The notes below the pieces were generated by a model, which was given only the letters and a program-made list of their open reading frames with translations, ran no database searches and was not told where the DNA came from. From the NCBI GenBank assembly GCA_963798145.1, contig CAWCSG010000023.1, positions 59,686-123,685 on the forward strand: a stretch of 64,000 nucleotides of DNA. The letters are read 5' to 3'. This document shows, in pieces, positions 60,440-64,000 of this stretch; position 1 is the stretch's first letter; each line of letters starts with the position of its first letter. Source of the stretch: an uncultured Alphaproteobacteria bacterium. GTDB taxonomy: Bacteria; Pseudomonadota; Alphaproteobacteria; Geminicoccales; Geminicoccaceae. The translations under genes were made by a program, and so were the position numbers.

Positions 60440-62392
60440 TATGTCCGATCGGATTTCACCTCGACTCGGGTCCGGGGTCGATGGTCTATGGCTGCCCGAC
60501 GCAGAGGCGCCGGCTGGCGCCTCTCTCCTCGCCGCGCCGCTGGCTCGCGCGCTGCATCGTCGGTTGCTGCTGACCTCCGCTGCGGCGTCCCTGGTTGCGT
60601 GTACCCTACCGCGGTCGTCGACCCAGGCCGCAGCGCTGCGATCGTTCTACGTCGCGACGACCGGCAACGACTCGAACCCGGGACGCAGGCGTCACCGTGG
60701 CGGACGATCAACCGGGCCACCCAGGCCGCCTTGCTTCCCGGCGACGAGATCGTGGTGGGGCCGGGAACATACACAGAGCAGCTTTTGGATCAATTAGGGT
60801 GGCAATGCCGACACGCCGAACGGCTATTTGACGCTCCGCTCGGCCAACGCCCGGTGCGGCTTGATCCGTCCGCCAGTCGGCGCCTACAGCACGTTGCATG
60901 TCGGTGCGAACTACGTGATCGTCGACGGGTTCGACGTCGTCGGCGGAGCAGGCCACGCCATTGATGTCGAACAGTGCCACCACGTGAAGATCCTCAACTG
61001 CATCTGTCCATGACAGCGGCGGAAGTGGCATCCAGTTCAATCGTGGTCGGAGTGGATCATCGATCGAGGGCAATCGATGTTTTCGCAATGCCTCGACAAA
61101 TGGCTATCAGTGCCAGCGGAATATCGGTTATATCAATGCCGCAATATAAGCGGCGATACGACATCGCATCAGGATTTCCGGACGATCGTGCGAGGTAATA
61201 TCTGCGTATGCTAAAATTGAACATATTTGCCGGAAGATCATACTGACGGCAATGGCATCATCATCGACGACTTTCAGAGCACTCAGACAAGCGGCTTTCC
61301 TAATTATACATTTCCAACATCTGGTCGAGAACAATCTATGTCACTCCAATGGTGGAAAAGGCATCCAAGTTACCTGGAGTGACTACGTTACGGTTCGTAA
61401 CAACACTTGCTGGCGAAACAATACTCGACAATCAGAATCAGCGGCACATGGCGCGGTGAGCTAGAACAACGCAGTTCCAGATAATAATAAATGGATCAAC
61501 AATATCGGCATCGCCGATCCATCCGTAAACCCGAACAATACGGCGATTGGCATTTCAGGCGGTACGGAGTAAACACGGTTTGGTACAATAATCTGACCTT
61601 CAACGGAACTCCTGGGCAGCCCTCACTCAGCTTGATGGGGGAAACCCCGCGCCGTCGGCGAGCCAATGGCAATCGGCTCGGGTGTTGATCCAATGCTCGT
61701 GAACCCGGCGGCGATCGGGCGGGGATTTCCGCCTGCGAGCGGGCTCGCCGGCAATTGGCGCGGGTACAAGTGCTTTCGGCGTCGCTGCGACCGACCTTGC
61801 CGGCAATCCGCGCGTCGCTGGCGACGATCGACATCGGCGCTTACGAGCAGGGCGGGAATCCAGTTCGCCGCCGCCCGAAGAACCGCCGCCGCAGGAACCA
61901 CCGCCGAGTCGGCGACCGCATCGATCTGGGGGCCCTCCGTGACGCCAGCCGTGGTGACCGTCAACGACGCAAATGCCGTCGAACTCGGCGTCAAGTTTCG
62001 CGTTGCATCGGCGGGCTTCATCACCGGAATCCGATTCTACAAGGGGCCGGGCAACTCGGGCACCCATCTCGCGCGGCTGTGGAGTTCGTCGGGAACAGGC
62101 TCGCCAGCGCCACGGCAGCAATGAAACGGCAAGCGGCTGGCAGGAAGTCAAGTTTCCTCAACCAGTCGCGGTTCAGGCCGGCGCCAATTACGTCGCTTCG
62201 TACTACGCGCCCAACGGACGCTACTCGGCAAACAACGACTACTTCACGGCAAATGTGGTCAGCGGTCCGATAACGGCGCTGGCGGATGGCGCGAATGGCG
62301 GCAACGGTGTTTACCGCTATGGCTCGGGCGGATTCCCTAGTAGCAGCTATAGAAAGTCGAACTACTGGGTCGACGTGATGTTCCGGACATAG
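60440..62392 (+). pseudogene. Tat-exported right-handed beta-helix protein with Pro-rich linker and C-terminal DUF4082, many frameshifts
   Basis: Pieces join across frames: RRLLLTSAAA, FYVATTGNDSNPG|TQASPWRTIN, PGTY, DGNGIIIDD, IDIGAYE, PPPEEPPPQEPPP, ELGVKFR...GIRFYK, GWQEV, SNYWVDV. Indels may be sequencing error. Confidence 0.78.
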
Positions 62393-62464
62393 ATCGTCAT
62401 CGATTTTAGTGCGCTGACCGAAACCACGGTGGGCGTCGCTTGTCGGCACTCACCGTGGCTGCGC

Positions 62465-63178
62465 TCATCCAAAGGGCTGGGGAACCACTGCAGAGTGCGG
62501 TTGGGCTCGGCCAAGCTTCGGGTTCTCGGCATTCTTCGACAGACGGCTTACCCGGCGCGAGGCAATGATCGATTTAGTCATGCCGAGGATCCGCTCGCGT
62601 TGGATCTCGGCATCTGGAAAAAGGATGCGCATCTCTTGTTCCGTTAGCAATCTTATGCTGCGCAAGAAGGCATCTAGCTGTTCTGTAGTATCATGGATAA
62701 TCCAGCCCCTTATGCTGAGAAAGCGAGCCAGACGTCTATAGAGTGGAAGAGGCAGCCAGTGTATAAATGCACCAATCACATGCGGCTCAATAAAGAACCA
62801 CCTGTTAGGTGTTTGCACATAGTACGCCAGCGCCACGCGTCGAACCTCTTCCGCAAACCTTTGCTGTTCGTGCCATCCCCAACATGCTCGACGACGGAAT
62901 TAGAGTAGCAGATGTCGAACTTTGCGTCGTCGAACGCTAGAGCACATCCGTCTCCCGGTATCCACCGAAATCGGCCGTCCTGCCGCTCTTCGGCAATATC
63001 GACGTTCACGAGCGTGACGTCGGGCTCGACTGGAACTAAGCGCCAATTGAATGTTGTGCCGCCAACATCGATTATCCGACTGTCTGCGCTTACCTGAAAT
63101 TCAGTGATAAAACTTTCGCATCCTTCGCCCACGGAAATAGCGAAAGAACGGCTCGTACACGCGGTCGATGAGGACCAT
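62465..63178 (-). CDS. Class I SAM-dependent methyltransferase, two frameshifts
   Basis: MVLIDRVYEPFFRYFRGRRMRKF|ITEF...IIDVGG, FDICYSNSVVEHVGD|...VQTPNRWFFIEPH; breaks near 63110 and 62875. Confidence 0.8.
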
Positions 63179-63208
63179 TCTACCTTCCGACGCTGGCGTA
63201 TAACGTTG

Positions 63209-64000
63209 TCATGCGCTTAACAGGACCTGCTTTAGAAGTTGCCGTGCGACAAGCCACGGGAACACGCCCACACTGAGGAGATAGCGTCGCCACAGACGCC
63301 GCGGCTCGCTGGCCAGGCGAAACAGCCACTCCAGCCCGCTACCTTGCATCCATAGCGGAGCCTGCGGCTTGACGCCGGCGTGAAAGTCGAATGCAGCGCC
63401 GACGCCGATCATCACCGGGACGCGTAGCTCCGGGGCGAATTCAGCCATCCAACGCTCCTGCTTCGGCGTGCTGAGGCCGATCCAAAGGATGTCCGCGCGA
63501 CTGCGCTCGATCATCTCGATCACGGCCTGTCGCTCCTCGAGCTGAAGCGTCCGGAACGGCGGCGTGTAGGTGCCGACTACCTCCAGCCCCGGAAAGCGGG
63601 CTGCCAGTCGTCGTGCCAACAACGTCGCGATCCCATCCCCACCGCCGTAGAGAAAATGCCGCAGTCCCAGGGCCGTCGAGGCCCGAGAGACCTCCAGCAT
63701 TAGATCCGGTCCATAGACTCGCGTCATCTGGCTGTGACCCAGCAGGCGGCCGAGCCATACCAGAGGCATTCCATCGGGCGTCACCATCGCTGCACGATTG
63801 TGGATCTCGCGCAGTGCTAGATCGTGTCGGCATTCCATCACGCCGTGAACACCGGAGACGCAGACGTAGCGCGCGAATTCGCTTGCACCGGCTCGATACG
63901 CTGCGACCCACTGTATGATCGACGCAACCGCCTGCACCAGGTTGATGGCATTGACCTGGACCCCGAGCACATCGAACCGGCTCTCTGCGGTGGAGCCTGA
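63209..64000 (-). CDS. WecB/TagA/CpsF glycosyltransferase, 5' end beyond the window
   Basis: TPDGMPLVW, RVYGPDL, GLSTPKQE, GVGAAFD, GLEWLFRL...EPRRLWRRY; frame stays open to the window edge. Confidence 0.93.
   Translation of the reverse strand, partial: SGSTAESRFDVLGVQVNAINLVQAVASIIQWVAAYRAGASEFARYVCVSGVHGVMECRHDLALREIHNRAAMVTPDGMPLVWLGRLLGHSQMTRVYGPDLMLEVSRASTALGLRHFLYGGGDGIATLLARRLAARFPGLEVVGTYTPPFRTLQLEERQAVIEMIERSRADILWIGLSTPKQERWMAEFAPELRVPVMIGVGAAFDFHAGVKPQAPLWMQGSGLEWLFRLASEPRRLWRRYLLSVGVFPWLVARQLLKQVLLSA

Noticed and set aside
61860-61915. CCGCCG-rich short repeat
   Set aside because: It encodes the Pro/Glu linker (PPPEEPPPQEPPP) of the beta-helix/DUF4082 protein and is not an independent repeat.
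43156-64000. attR copy of the tRNA-Ser 3' end
   Set aside because: Not seen by eye; it may lie beyond the window or have decayed.

Overview
High-GC bacterial chromosome segment, most likely alphaproteobacterial (PuuD urate oxidase, an EcfG-type promoter, a Tat-exported BMP protein). Left two-thirds (1-42.9 kb): a purine-to-glyoxylate catabolic region with uraH, an NCS2 permease, xdhABC, a nucleoside-type ABC importer, LysR-puuD-guaD, IclR-gcl and, 11 kb further on, hyi-glxR-glycerate kinase. Three blocks interrupt it: a stress/housekeeping block (DUF1328, corA, GST, phaZ), a sensor GGDEF-EAL gene whose N-terminus keeps all canonical ethylene-binding residues of plant ETR1, and a GntR/TRAP sugar-acid catabolic block that splits gcl from hyi and holds deletion scars of a former TTT transporter. 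A tRNA-Ser(GGA) at 43.07 kb is followed by a decayed P4-like integrase, marking a probable old island. Beyond it lie an ureohydrolase-ABC-2xSDR-creatininase operon with no creatinase, an IS1595 fragment, a pseudo-receiver LuxR regulator, an amino-sugar polysaccharide cluster, a heavily frameshifted Tat beta-helix/DUF4082 gene, a frameshifted methyltransferase and a partial WecB/TagA glycosyltransferase. The best candidates for new biology are the ethylene-receptor-like c-di-GMP enzyme and the creatininase/ureohydrolase operon. All family calls come from motif recognition by eye, not database searches. Several frameshifts look like long-read errors.
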